This document shows positions 9,397 through 19,613 of a DNA stretch of 64,000 bases, piece after piece. The translations under genes and the position numbers were made by a program. Origin of the DNA: an uncultured Patescibacteria group bacterium (lineage in GTDB: Bacteria > Patescibacteriota > Microgenomatia > UBA1400 > PJMF01); assembly GCA_905478415.1 (NCBI GenBank), contig CAJQIG010000005.1, forward strand, positions 65,598-129,597, read 5' to 3'. The notes under the pieces are model-generated. The model saw nothing but the letters and a program-made list of their open reading frames with translations, was not told where the DNA came from and did not search any database. Positions within the stretch are counted from its first letter, which is position 1. Every line of letters starts with the position of its first letter.

Positions 9397-10071
9397 ATGA
9401 AAACACTTATTATTTCAGATCTTCATCTTTTTACTGAATATGACAAGGAGTTGTCGCATTATATCGCAGATCTGCTCTCTTCTGTTGACCAAGTCATTAT
9501 TAACGGAGATTTTTGGGATCACTACCTTTGTACTTTTCCTGAGTTTATACAGTCTGAATGGAAAGAATTGTTCCCGCTTTTTTTAGAAAAAAAAGCTATC
9601 TATATTTATGGCAATCATGACAAAAAAAAGTTTATGGATGAGCGGGTTTCGCTTTTTAGTGTGCAGCAGCTAGAAAAGTATGTACTGACCCAATCGGGGA
9701 AAACATTTGTAATTGAACATGGACACCACATTGCTCCGGAACGTGACGATAAACACCCAATTTTGACAAAGCTTCTTGGTCCTTTTTACCCTCGTTTTTA
9801 TTTTTATTTACTCAAAGGTGTCCCGCTGGCAACTTGGCTTAATCGTAAAATTGTTTTTTCAGCTCAAGAAAAGATAGATAAAAAATTGGTGCAGTATGTG
9901 TCAAAACAACGAGATAGCAACGTAAAAGGCTATATTTTTGGTCACTCACACATATTTAATGAGATGACGATTCCCCATTATTTTAACTCTGGTTATTTTT
10001 GGGCTGGTACGGCACGATACCTTATTATCGAGAATGGAAAAGTCATTCCTAAAGTTGAACACTACTGGTAG
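9397..10071 (+). CDS. metallophosphoesterase (calcineurin-like)
   Basis: Motifs DLHL, GDFWD, GNHD, GHSH. Start set at MKTLIISDLHL. Confidence 0.7.
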   Translation: MKTLIISDLHLFTEYDKELSHYIADLLSSVDQVIINGDFWDHYLCTFPEFIQSEWKELFPLFLEKKAIYIYGNHDKKKFMDERVSLFSVQQLEKYVLTQSGKTFVIEHGHHIAPERDDKHPILTKLLGPFYPRFYFYLLKGVPLATWLNRKIVFSAQEKIDKKLVQYVSKQRDSNVKGYIFGHSHIFNEMTIPHYFNSGYFWAGTARYLIIENGKVIPKVEHYW

Positions 10072-10079
10072 GAGTACTC

Positions 10080-11129
10080 ATGAAAAATTGGGAACACATT
10101 CATTTGAACCCTCAGTTGCTGAAAACCTTCACCGTTAGAGCTCAAGTTATTGATGCTATCCGAACTTTTTTCAAGGAGCGTTCATTTTTAGAAGTTGAGA
10201 CTCCCCTTTTAGTTGAAAATCCTGGCACAGAGCCATATCTGGAAGTTTTTAAAACTACACTTAAAACTCAAAAGTATGATGATAAGCCAGCTTTTTTAGT
10301 CACAAGTCCAGAACTATTTATGAAGAAGTTACTGGCTGCGGGGATTGGTAACTGTTTCCAAATTGCTAAGAGTTTTCGTAATGAGGAAGGGCGAAGTGCG
10401 TTTCATAATCATGAATTTACTATTTTAGAGTGGTATCGAACTGAGGCAGATTACACAGATATTATGGATGATTCTGAAGAGTTACTTCTTTTTATTCTTA
10501 AGACAGTGACTAAAAATCCTCAAGCTACGGTGCTGCCTTTTCAAGGGAAAGAATATGATTTATCTGGTCCTTGGGAAAGAATTTCGGTGGCTGAAGCCTT
10601 TCAAAAGTATGCTGCTATTTCGGTTGAGACGCTTCTTGATGAAGTAGAGCTTCTCAAAAAAGCCAAATCTAAAGGGTATGCGGTTACAGCTACGACCACT
10701 TGGGAAGAAATATACAATCAAATTTTCTTGAATGAAATTGAACCCAATCTTGGTTCAAAGAAACCTACCATTATCTATGATTACCCAATTTCACAGGCTG
10801 CTCTTTCAAAGCCAAAGAAGTCCGATCCTCGATTTGCTGAGCGGTTTGAGTTTTATCTAGCAGGTTCCGAGTTGGGAAATGCCTTCTCCGAATTAACTGA
10901 CCCACAAGTACAACGTGCAAGAATGGTTGAAGATTTGAAGTTGAGAAAAGAACTTGCCAAGTATGAGTTTCAGTTGGATGAAGATTTTTTTAAGGCATTA
11001 GAAATGGGTTTGCCAGAAACAGGTGGAATTGCAGTGGGAGTCGATAGATTAGTTATGTTGTTTGCTGATGTACCAAATGTGAAATCTACTCTCTTTTTTC
11101 CTATCGATGAAGTGTTCTCATTTGAGTGA
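10080..11129 (+). CDS. epmA: EF-P beta-lysine ligase EpmA (PoxA/GenX, LysRS catalytic-domain paralog)
   Basis: Class II aaRS motifs FRNEE..HNHEFTILEWY and GGIAVGVDRLVML, with no anticodon-binding domain. Sits directly upstream of efp. Confidence 0.75.
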   Translation: MKNWEHIHLNPQLLKTFTVRAQVIDAIRTFFKERSFLEVETPLLVENPGTEPYLEVFKTTLKTQKYDDKPAFLVTSPELFMKKLLAAGIGNCFQIAKSFRNEEGRSAFHNHEFTILEWYRTEADYTDIMDDSEELLLFILKTVTKNPQATVLPFQGKEYDLSGPWERISVAEAFQKYAAISVETLLDEVELLKKAKSKGYAVTATTTWEEIYNQIFLNEIEPNLGSKKPTIIYDYPISQAALSKPKKSDPRFAERFEFYLAGSELGNAFSELTDPQVQRARMVEDLKLRKELAKYEFQLDEDFFKALEMGLPETGGIAVGVDRLVMLFADVPNVKSTLFFPIDEVFSFE

Positions 11130-11173
11130 CAATATAATTTTTTCCCTTAAAAAGAGTGGTATAATACTCATCT

Positions 11174-11740
11174 ATGTCAGTCATCAAAGCCGGGAGTATT
11201 CGCAAAGGCATGTATCTTTTACATAAGGATCAGCCGTACTTCGTCACCAAAACAGATTTTATGAGTCCTGGTAAAGGTTCGGCTTTTATGCGGGTAAAAT
11301 ATCGAAATGCCAAAACGGGCAACACCGAAGAGTTTACCTACAAATCAAATGAATCAGTCGAGGAGCTAGATGTTGAGAGTAAGCAAATGCAGTTTTTGTA
11401 TGCTGATGGTGATGATTCAGTTCTGATGGATAACACCACTTTTGAACAAGTTTCAATTCCTAATACGCTCATAGCAGAAAAAGTTGGACTGCTCTCTCCA
11501 GAGATTCAAGTCTATGTTCTTTTTTATGATGGAGAGGCCTTAGGAGTTTCTTTTCCGCCCAAAGTTCGACTTACTGTTACTTACGCTGAAGATTCTACAG
11601 CAGGTAATACACAAGGCCAGGCTCGAAAAAATGTGACCTTGGAAACGGGGCTGGTTGTTTCAGCACCAATTTTTGTAAAAGAAGGCAATGTGCTAGTCAT
11701 TGATACCGAGACACTTTCGTACGTATCTCGAGCCAATTAA
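11174..11740 (+). CDS. efp: translation elongation factor P
   Basis: 188 aa. SPGKGSAFMRVKYRNAKTG loop carries the conserved modifiable Lys. Confidence 0.85.
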   Translation: MSVIKAGSIRKGMYLLHKDQPYFVTKTDFMSPGKGSAFMRVKYRNAKTGNTEEFTYKSNESVEELDVESKQMQFLYADGDDSVLMDNTTFEQVSIPNTLIAEKVGLLSPEIQVYVLFYDGEALGVSFPPKVRLTVTYAEDSTAGNTQGQARKNVTLETGLVVSAPIFVKEGNVLVIDTETLSYVSRAN

Positions 11741-11749
11741 TGTTCCAGT

Positions 11750-12712
11750 TTAGAATGCCAGGGTTTTAACTACAAACACAATATAAAAAAGTAGGAGTGC
11801 GAAACCTGTTTTCTTGGGTATCTTTTTTCCACTATACATAAAAATCATCACACTGAAGAAAATAGTGATAATAAGTAATGAGAAAAGTTCCCACGTTGAT
11901 GTCGGTCCTCCCCCATTAAAAAGTAAGATAATGCCGGGAAAAAGTGAGAGATTAAAGACATTACTTCCAACGAGTGTGCCTAAGACCACTTTATTTTCGT
12001 GTTTGCGAGCGGCTAAAATTGTCATGAGCAGCTCGGGAAGTGAGGTTGAGAGTGCAGTAAGAGTTAATCCTAAAACTGAAGTTGCAAAGCCAAAAATAGC
12101 AGCTAGTGAATTAACTGCATTGACGGTTACCAGTCCTCCAATAGCTAGTCCAAGAACTGTAGTTGGAATGGTGACAAGATAAAAAAGTTGAGGAAACCGT
12201 CTTTGTTTTGTATAGAGGGTTTGTACTTTGGCCAGAATATGTTTATCTTCATGTAAGCGACCCTGTTTAGCAATGAAGTATTGGTATAACAGTGAGGCAG
12301 AGATAATCACAAAAAAGAGTAAGGCTTTATTAATGTTTGCAATTGACGAGAGTAGTAAAATTACAAAAAGCACAGTTATTGCCAAGAGCAACGTCGCATT
12401 TTTTTGAGATTTATTGGTGCCAATTTTGATGCCTCCAAAAAGGGCTCCAGTTGCGAAAACAATGGTTATATTGGTGATACTGCTACCGATTAGGTTTGCC
12501 ATAGCTAAGTCAGCATCATGTTGGTAGAGCGAAACACTGGTGACGGTTAGTTCGGGTAAATTTGTTCCCAATGCAACAACTACAAGAGAAATAAAGAGTG
12601 GTGAAAAACGCCATTTTGCAGCCAACTCTTGGGCAACATTTAAAAATGCTTGTGAGGATACAAGCATAACAATAAGACCGATGACAAATGATAGCAATGT
12701 GGGCAGTAACAC
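11750..12712 (-). CDS. Ca2+/cation antiporter, CaCA (YrbG-like) family
   Basis: Two alpha-repeat motifs, GTNLPEL and STSLPEL, in a multi-TM protein. Confidence 0.7.
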   Translation of the reverse strand: MLLPTLLSFVIGLIVMLVSSQAFLNVAQELAAKWRFSPLFISLVVVALGTNLPELTVTSVSLYQHDADLAMANLIGSSITNITIVFATGALFGGIKIGTNKSQKNATLLLAITVLFVILLLSSIANINKALLFFVIISASLLYQYFIAKQGRLHEDKHILAKVQTLYTKQRRFPQLFYLVTIPTTVLGLAIGGLVTVNAVNSLAAIFGFATSVLGLTLTALSTSLPELLMTILAARKHENKVVLGTLVGSNVFNLSLFPGIILLFNGGGPTSTWELFSLLIITIFFSVMIFMYSGKKIPKKTGFALLLFYIVFVVKTLAF

Positions 12713-12734
12713 AGAACAAGTATAGCAAGTCTAA

Positions 12735-13982
12735 CTACTGACTGTCTATCTGTGCAAGCTCTTTTTGTGGCATTGAGATTTTTTTAGGAATTACTGATGA
12801 TAAATAGAGAGAAATAATAAAGACTAAAAAGCCAATAATTGAAAAAGCAGTTTTAATTGATGTCGCAGAAGCTAAGAAGGTGGCCAGAATTGGTCCTATG
12901 ACATACGCTAAACTTGCTGATGAACCTTGCATTCCAATCATTTCAGTATCACTTTCTCTCAGCCGGCTGACATAGTCTTCGAAAGTGGCTTTCAGCTCAG
13001 GAATAGCAATAGCAAGGAATGTAGCCGAAAAGAAGGTGATAAGGAGCAATAGAGGTACATTCTGAATAAAGGTATAGCTGAAGAGCCCGAGGCCAGCGAT
13101 GCCACTGCTCAGAAGAGCTGTTTTCTTTTTTCCAAAAGGATTTGGTATTTTTCCAAGAAGAAGACCCACGATCGCAGACGGAGCAACATAGACAGTTAAG
13201 AACATATTTCCCAAGACATGTTGGTTGCTCAATTCTTGCATAAATAAGGTGCCAATTGTCCAAAAAGTTCCATCGATAGTAGTTACTAATAGTTGTAAGA
13301 ATAATAACGGCCAGGTCTTTTTGAAGAGCACTCTCCAGACATGTATTTCGGTAGTCCAAGACTTTGTATGAATTATCGTTGTTTTTCTGCTAATCTTTTT
13401 TCGTACAAATAAAAAGTTAAAAATAATCGCAAGTAGCATTGCCAGACCAATGAAAGTGATGACTGCAGTGAAAACAGATGAGTAGCCAAAGACCAGCAGT
13501 TCTGCTGCAAGCAGTGGAGCCAGTGCATAAGCACTTGATTGGGCAGATTGAATAATTCCCCAAGTTTTGGTGTGTTCATTGAGATGAACATAGGTATGTA
13601 CAAACTGGAAAGATGAAAATACATTCAGTTCATAATAAATACCCCAGATCGCCATGGCCAAAAGCAGTGTTGCTAGATGTTGAGGGAAGAAAAGAAAGGC
13701 CAATGGGAATGCTAGTGCAGTCAAGATTGTTGCTTTCAAAAAAAAGAAGTGAGGTTTATTAGTAAGTACCTTTGGGAAAAACAAATCACAGGCAATACCA
13801 ACCACCGATGAAAAAGCAAAGACAATGCCCATAAGGAAAGTGCTGTGTACTTGTTCTTCAATAAAAATTGGACTGATAAATGACATGATTCCGTCTGCAA
13901 AGGAAATGACGAAAATAATCACTGCAAACAGAAAGATAGAAAAAAAGTGTGTTTTTTGAGCTTTGCTTTGAATGGTAAACAT
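12735..13982 (-). CDS. MFS-type transporter
   Basis: 415 aa with ~12 hydrophobic segments and a charged loop between the two halves. Confidence 0.5.
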   Translation of the reverse strand: MFTIQSKAQKTHFFSIFLFAVIIFVISFADGIMSFISPIFIEEQVHSTFLMGIVFAFSSVVGIACDLFFPKVLTNKPHFFFLKATILTALAFPLAFLFFPQHLATLLLAMAIWGIYYELNVFSSFQFVHTYVHLNEHTKTWGIIQSAQSSAYALAPLLAAELLVFGYSSVFTAVITFIGLAMLLAIIFNFLFVRKKISRKTTIIHTKSWTTEIHVWRVLFKKTWPLLFLQLLVTTIDGTFWTIGTLFMQELSNQHVLGNMFLTVYVAPSAIVGLLLGKIPNPFGKKKTALLSSGIAGLGLFSYTFIQNVPLLLLITFFSATFLAIAIPELKATFEDYVSRLRESDTEMIGMQGSSASLAYVIGPILATFLASATSIKTAFSIIGFLVFIISLYLSSVIPKKISMPQKELAQIDSQ

Positions 13983-14028
13983 TACCCTATTAGTATCCTA
14001 TTTTTTCGGGGAAAAGGGAAGATAAAAA

Positions 14029-14060
14029 AAGTCCCAGCAGGTTGCCGGGACTTTCGTAGA
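14029..14060. terminator. rho-independent terminator hairpin
   Basis: aaaaaaagtcccagcaggttgccgggactttcg lies between the convergent MFS and TerC genes. Confidence 0.55.
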
Positions 14061-14070
14061 ACAAAAGTAG

Positions 14071-14841
14071 TTATTCAGTTGTATCTGAGACAATCTCAGA
14101 TTGGTGAGGCTCGTGGAGGACAACCACACCATTTTTGGATTTATAGCGGATGTTGAGCATTTCCACCATTAATGAAAATCCCATCATGGCATACATATAG
14201 CTTTTAAGGTGTGCCGTATGTACTACAACAGGCATAAACCCCTCAAGCATTAAAATAAAACCAACCATCATTAAAAAGGACAAAGCAAGGATTTTTAAAG
14301 AAGGATGTTTTTCGACCAATATACTAACCTTATTCGAGAACAGCCACATTACTGCTGCTCCGATAACGATAGCCGTGATCATGACCCAAAGTACCCCGTT
14401 GGCTAAGCCAACCGCGGTGATTATCGAATCAAGTGAAAAGACCATGTCCATTAGGATAATTTGAGCAATCACTTTGGCAAAAGACTTACCAGCTTCTTTC
14501 GCGTTGAGGTGATCATCTTGACCTTCAAGCTTCTGGTACATCTCGGTACTAGCTTTGTAGGCTAAAAATAGTCCACCAAAGATGAGAATAATACCTTTCA
14601 AGGTGAAAGCAGTTCCAAACAATATAAATAAGGTGGTTTGCCCGTGAATGATAATCACGTTCACGATCAGTAGCAACAAAATACGCATGATAACTGCGAG
14701 CGCGATACCAATGCTTCGAGCTCGTTTTCTCATTCCATCAGGTAAATTGTTTGTTAAAACACTTAAAAGTACCAGGTTATCAATCCCAAGTACAATCTCT
14801 AAAAATGACAATGTTCCTAGGGTTGTAAGGCTATGCCACAT
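14071..14841 (-). CDS. TerC family integral membrane protein
   Basis: GIDNLVLL motif and a multi-TM profile. AAGGAG RBS sits 8 nt before ATG (MWHSL). GTG at 14850 is an alternative start. Confidence 0.7.
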   Translation of the reverse strand: MWHSLTTLGTLSFLEIVLGIDNLVLLSVLTNNLPDGMRKRARSIGIALAVIMRILLLLIVNVIIIHGQTTLFILFGTAFTLKGIILIFGGLFLAYKASTEMYQKLEGQDDHLNAKEAGKSFAKVIAQIILMDMVFSLDSIITAVGLANGVLWVMITAIVIGAAVMWLFSNKVSILVEKHPSLKILALSFLMMVGFILMLEGFMPVVVHTAHLKSYMYAMMGFSLMVEMLNIRYKSKNGVVVLHEPHQSEIVSDTTE

Positions 14842-15071
14842 GGTATTCACTCCTTTTTTGTGGATGAGTAACTACAGTTGTTAAAGAGCAGACACAAAGC
14901 TAAGCTTTGATCTACGTTGACGGAGATTCTTTTGGGAACAAAAAAATCGACTGTCTTAAATAAGAGACTGGCCGATTGTAATTACCTTAGTTGCGATAAC
15001 AAAGGTCAAGGCGTTGTTGTCTATGACCCATATTTTAATAAATATTCTAAATAAATCAAGTGGACTTTTTT

Positions 15072-16334
15072 CTACTTAGAAGATTTTGTAATAACAAGAG
15101 TAGTATCCTGCCTCCAAGCATCTTTATTGGGGTTTTCAAAAAAATCGTATGCGAGTTTGCCACCAGATTTTATATTAAATGTTTCCATTGCTTTTTGTAA
15201 AGCCTCATCATCGTACGTTCTTCCAAAGGGGAATCCTTGTTGCATTGGAAATATATATGCTTTGCCACCTGGCTTTAAGACTCGTTGTATCTCTCCCAAC
15301 CATGATTCAAAATCAACTTTATCTGCATCAGGAATCACATGGGTTGAAATTGAATAGGAGCAGACAATCCGGTCCATACTTTGTGATTTGAGTGGTAGAT
15401 TTGGAAAAATGCCCGCAATGACTTCAGAATTTTCAGTTTGTTTATGTAATCGTAGAGAATTGAGGATACTGAGTTCTTCCTGTTTTATTTTTGTTTCTCT
15501 ATCTTCACCAGGCATGTCTTCATCTAATTCACTAATAAAAGCATCCATGTGAGATTTGACAGTTTCTTTGTAGTCTTTAATATCTTCTAAACCCTTATTG
15601 ATAGTATTTGTTATATAGTTGCAAAACCGATGAATTCCTTCAATAGGGTGATGTATTCCGTGTTCTCCCTTGGTTTCAACACGTTCTGTTTCTCTACTCA
15701 GAATTAAGTCAGCAGATGCCTCTTCTCTGAGTGCTAGCATTTCTTGCAGCCTGAAAGCTGTATCTTTAACTTTTTTAATAGTTAGTGCAAGGTCTTCAGA
15801 ATTTTCTGTGTTAGTTAACTTTTTTACATCCTCAAGAATTTCATTTGAAAGTGAAAATGCAGTTTGGGCCCATTCCATTTCTCCGTTACAAATGATTTCA
15901 TCAGTCGAGTCAAGTAAGTTGGCATAGTCCGACAACCCAAAAGAATATTCACCATAAAATGTTGTATAGAGTTGATCTAACAGATCACTAAAAGTACGAG
16001 TAAAATTGGCAATTTCACCATACTCATAATCAAAGACAAAGAATCGCTTTGAGTCCATAACCGTTTTACCTTGCCAGGGGGCTCCAATGTAGGCGACTTT
16101 TTCACCACCTTTCTCTGTACCAAACATTTCATCATTAGGAATGCCAGTCATATCTTCGATATCTCCACTGGAAAGTTCAATGACTCTTTTTGTTTCAGCG
16201 TTTCTTCCCACAAGCGTTTTTTTGATGAAATCAACACTGCTTGTTTTGGGGACAGTTACTGTTTCTGCTTCTTCCATCAAATCTCTTAAGAGGGAATCAG
16301 GTAGGTGCTCAGAGTTTGGGTAACGTATGCTCAT
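15072..16334 (-). CDS. hypothetical protein with C-terminal class I SAM-methyltransferase-like segment
   Basis: C-terminal RIVCSYSISTHVIPDADKVDFESWLGEIQRVLKPGGKAYIF matches MTase motifs II/III. No Gly-rich motif I found. N-terminal 270 aa unknown. Confidence 0.45.
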   Translation of the reverse strand: MSIRYPNSEHLPDSLLRDLMEEAETVTVPKTSSVDFIKKTLVGRNAETKRVIELSSGDIEDMTGIPNDEMFGTEKGGEKVAYIGAPWQGKTVMDSKRFFVFDYEYGEIANFTRTFSDLLDQLYTTFYGEYSFGLSDYANLLDSTDEIICNGEMEWAQTAFSLSNEILEDVKKLTNTENSEDLALTIKKVKDTAFRLQEMLALREEASADLILSRETERVETKGEHGIHHPIEGIHRFCNYITNTINKGLEDIKDYKETVKSHMDAFISELDEDMPGEDRETKIKQEELSILNSLRLHKQTENSEVIAGIFPNLPLKSQSMDRIVCSYSISTHVIPDADKVDFESWLGEIQRVLKPGGKAYIFPMQQGFPFGRTYDDEALQKAMETFNIKSGGKLAYDFFENPNKDAWRQDTTLVITKSSK

Positions 16335-16470
16335 GGCTATTATAGTAGCTTATTGTGAAACTTAAATATAGTGAGGTAACTGAGTAAGTTGAGCAATAGT
16401 CCTTGCTATAACTTCTATGCTATATAATGCACTTCTAGTCTGATCTTGTAAGACAGAAGATACTCAACGT

Positions 16471-17727
16471 ATGGTAAAGAAACATTTTAAAAAGACAAAA
16501 TACGATGTACTCGTAATTGGAGGGGGTCCATCAGGACTTATTGCTTCAGGAAGAGCTGCTGAGAATGGTCGGTCAGTAGTGTTGCTTGAAAAAAACAATA
16601 TTCTTGGTAAAAAATTGTTAATCTCGGGCGGTGGTAGGTGTAACATCACAAATAATAAGCATGATGCTAGAATTTTAGTCGAAAGTTACAGAGAAAAACC
16701 AGCTGAATTATTTTCGTTATTTTACCGATTTAATGTGCAAGACACTCTAGATTTTTTTCTTAAGAGAGGCTTAGATACTAAACTCGAAGCTGAAGATAGA
16801 CTTTTTCCTATCACCGAGAAAGCCCTTTCAGTTCAGGAAGTTTTGATTGAGTATGCAAAAAAAGAAGGCGTACAAATTAATTTAAATTCTGAAGTAGTAA
16901 CGATTGGGTATAGTGAAAGTAAAAAAGAATTTACTGTTCAGACTCAAACGGTAGAATATATTTCTGAATCGTTAATTATTTCAACAGGAGGTTTGTCTCG
17001 ACCTGATACTGGTTCGACTGGTGATGGATTCAGTTGGGCTCAGTCTTTAGGGCATACAGTGAATGAAGATAGCTCAGCTTTAGTTCCAGTGGCACTAAAA
17101 GGACAGTGGTTTAAGGAATTATCAGGTACAACGTTAGAGTATGTAGAAATAGGGATTTGGCAAAAAAATAAAAAACTACATAAAAGTAAAGGTCGTGTTT
17201 TACTAACTCATTTTGGAATGACCGGACCAACAATTATAAACATGAGTAGCAAAATTGCTGATGCTCTAAAGAATGGTCCCGTAGAGCTGAGCATTGATTT
17301 CTTACCAAGTGTATCTGAACCCGACCTCAAAGAACAATTGACTGAAGTCATAGAGTTACATAGAAATAAAGAAATTGCATCTTTACTGAAAGGATATTTC
17401 TCTAAAAAGATGATTCCTTTGTTCCTGAAGGAAATTGGGATCAATCATAAAACTCCTGGCCACAGTATTACAAAAGAAAACAGAAAAAGTATTTTGCGAG
17501 CCCTAAAAGGTTTGAAATTTGCGGTTAAAGGCTTACTTGGAAAAGATAAGGCAATCATCTCAGGAGGTGGTGTTAAGATCAAAGAAATTGACTTCAAAAC
17601 AATGGAATCGAGAATTATTCCTAAGCTTTATATTGTCGGAGATATGCTCGATATAAATAGACCTTCTGGCGGGTATAGTCTTCAATTGTGTTGGTCTACT
17701 GGGTATGTTGCTGGTGATAATGCTTGA
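16471..17727 (+). CDS. HI0933-family NAD(P)/FAD-dependent flavoprotein
   Basis: DVLVIGGGPSGLIAS dinucleotide motif and the GGGRCNITN signature. Confidence 0.75.
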   Translation: MVKKHFKKTKYDVLVIGGGPSGLIASGRAAENGRSVVLLEKNNILGKKLLISGGGRCNITNNKHDARILVESYREKPAELFSLFYRFNVQDTLDFFLKRGLDTKLEAEDRLFPITEKALSVQEVLIEYAKKEGVQINLNSEVVTIGYSESKKEFTVQTQTVEYISESLIISTGGLSRPDTGSTGDGFSWAQSLGHTVNEDSSALVPVALKGQWFKELSGTTLEYVEIGIWQKNKKLHKSKGRVLLTHFGMTGPTIINMSSKIADALKNGPVELSIDFLPSVSEPDLKEQLTEVIELHRNKEIASLLKGYFSKKMIPLFLKEIGINHKTPGHSITKENRKSILRALKGLKFAVKGLLGKDKAIISGGGVKIKEIDFKTMESRIIPKLYIVGDMLDINRPSGGYSLQLCWSTGYVAGDNA

Positions 17728-17756
17728 TTTACAGACGTGATAGATTTTATAGCAAG

Positions 17757-18617
17757 TTATAGGAATAAAAGTAACAACCCAGCAGTTACTCCAACTATTC
17801 CAACCATCTTTTTTAGTGTTAATTCGTCTTTAAAAAAGAAAGCAGACAGCAAGGTCAATAAAGAAATTGAGGCTGCATTAGTAGCGTTAACATAGCCAAC
17901 ATTTGGAGCTACATTAAATCCAACTTGCATAAAGTAACTAAAGCTGGCACCAAAAATACCGATCAGTAACAGTGTAATGAGTTGATCTTTCGAAGCATTT
18001 TTCCATTCTACTTTTTTGTATAGTATTTCTCCAAGAATAAGCACTGTTGTAACTACCATTGAGAGAATTAACCTTGAAAGAATTGGAACACCTGCATTTA
18101 GAAGGTATTTCGAACTTAAAGCCAAAAAACCCCAAGCAAAAAATGCACCCATCGTATAGGGGAGCCACAATTTATTAGAAGTAGTTTTGCTTTTATCTTT
18201 ATTGATCGTAATTAAAGCTGAGAATAATATTATTAATACGATAGCGATCACTGACTGTATTGTTAGTGGAGCAGAAAAGAGAAATATTGAAGCTATGGCT
18301 GTAAAAACGACATAACTTTTTGAAATAATTAGACTATACCCAGGGTTTGGTGAATATTCGATTCCTTTTAAGGAAAATTTATTTCCAAGGTAACTAAAGA
18401 AAATACCTTGAATTAAAACTATTAAGTATTCTAGTGGTTTAAGTGTAAAATTAGTTGGGGTTCTGAGTGTTAAAGTTATATAAACAAGTACGGGTATTAG
18501 AAACATAGCAAGGTTATTAAGCTGTTGAGGTGTTTTGAGTGTGTTACTCTTTCGTACTAAGAGATATAAAGCAACTGAGCTAACAAACATGAGTAAGCTG
18601 GCAATAATCCAATTCAT
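17757..18617 (-). CDS. DMT/EamA-like membrane transporter
   Basis: 286 aa with ~10 TM segments in a two-repeat architecture. Very AT-rich coding sequence. Confidence 0.45.
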   Translation of the reverse strand: MNWIIASLLMFVSSVALYLLVRKSNTLKTPQQLNNLAMFLIPVLVYITLTLRTPTNFTLKPLEYLIVLIQGIFFSYLGNKFSLKGIEYSPNPGYSLIISKSYVVFTAIASIFLFSAPLTIQSVIAIVLIILFSALITINKDKSKTTSNKLWLPYTMGAFFAWGFLALSSKYLLNAGVPILSRLILSMVVTTVLILGEILYKKVEWKNASKDQLITLLLIGIFGASFSYFMQVGFNVAPNVGYVNATNAASISLLTLLSAFFFKDELTLKKMVGIVGVTAGLLLLFL

Positions 18618-18784
18618 ATAATTAATTGTAGCTCATGTGATGTAATAATTTGGGTTCAAACTTTTGATTTTGGATGTGAGAATTTCTAGAGGAAAGATGT
18701 ATTGGGTCGAATACGGGAGTTTGTTAGAACTTTTCTTACCTTACACTTGAGTGCAAACTATAATTATGTTTAGATTTTTTCAAT

Positions 18785-19060
18785 TTAAATCTGGCTTTTG
18801 CCCTTGACTTCACCTGTCTTTTTATTTATTTCAAGCCTACTATAATTATTTTCAAATATGTAGTAATCATCACCTTCTTGAGATTTGTCTGAAGAAAATT
18901 TGTACCCAGAACGATTTGAAAGAAACAAAGAAATTTGCATTGGATTTGAAATTAAATCAGTTGGAATTTTACCGTCATGAAGCCAGTCTAGAAGCCTTTT
19001 CATCGTACCATCATGTATACTTTGAATCATTTCTGTTGACTCGGTGTTATCTTCAAACAT
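18785..19060 (-). CDS. hypothetical protein
   Basis: 91-aa ORF inside the AT-rich island. No motif. Confidence 0.3.
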   Translation of the reverse strand: MFEDNTESTEMIQSIHDGTMKRLLDWLHDGKIPTDLISNPMQISLFLSNRSGYKFSSDKSQEGDDYYIFENNYSRLEINKKTGEVKGKSQI

Positions 19061-19275
19061 ATTTTATCTCCAATCTATTGTGATAAACTTAATTTTATCA
19101 TATATCGTGAGAAAATAATGAATTTCTAATTTATCACTTTAATCAATTGTTTCAAAACATCTGAAAAAACAATAAAATAAATTTATATATCAATAAATTT
19201 GGGGTCGGTGGTTGAACGACGTTTGAACAGTTTTCAAATACAATTATACTTAGAAATTATAAAAATAAATTATTT

Positions 19276-19590
19276 TTATGAATCTTTAGGCTTTTTATCA
19301 ATTAAAACGTTTTGTTGCCATTTACTAGGTTTTTTATCAGTACGATGAATACAGCCTACCCAACAACATGGACGCTTTTGACCATCTAGCAATTCTTCGA
19401 CAGTTCTTTTAATACGTCTTGCTCTAGTTTTATCTTGTTTAGCGTTTTCTATCCAACAAATAAACTCATTTCTGGCAATTACTGTCAAATTTTCCCAAAG
19501 TTTTGTAATTTGTTTTGTTTTAGTTAGTGCTATAACTAAATCTTCTGGTAATTGGTGGACGAGGCCACCTTTTAATTTAGGTTTATTCAT
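19276..19590 (-). CDS. YdeI/OmpD-associated family protein
   Basis: NEFICWIENAKQDKTRARRIKRTVEELLDG..RPCCW matches the YdeI/OmdA C-terminal pattern. Confidence 0.5.
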   Translation of the reverse strand: MNKPKLKGGLVHQLPEDLVIALTKTKQITKLWENLTVIARNEFICWIENAKQDKTRARRIKRTVEELLDGQKRPCCWVGCIHRTDKKPSKWQQNVLIDKKPKDS

Positions 19591-19613
19591 TACTTCAGTA
19601 TAACAGCTATGAA

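Noticed and set aside
14851-15070. Looked for a yybP-ykoY (Mn2+) riboswitch in the 220-nt leader of the TerC-family gene, the classic downstream gene of that riboswitch
   Set aside because: I could not find the conserved GGGGAGUAG and CAUA...GUCA.GAGACC elements on the minus strand. Only a strong RBS and a possible promoter were seen. A covariance-model scan would settle it.
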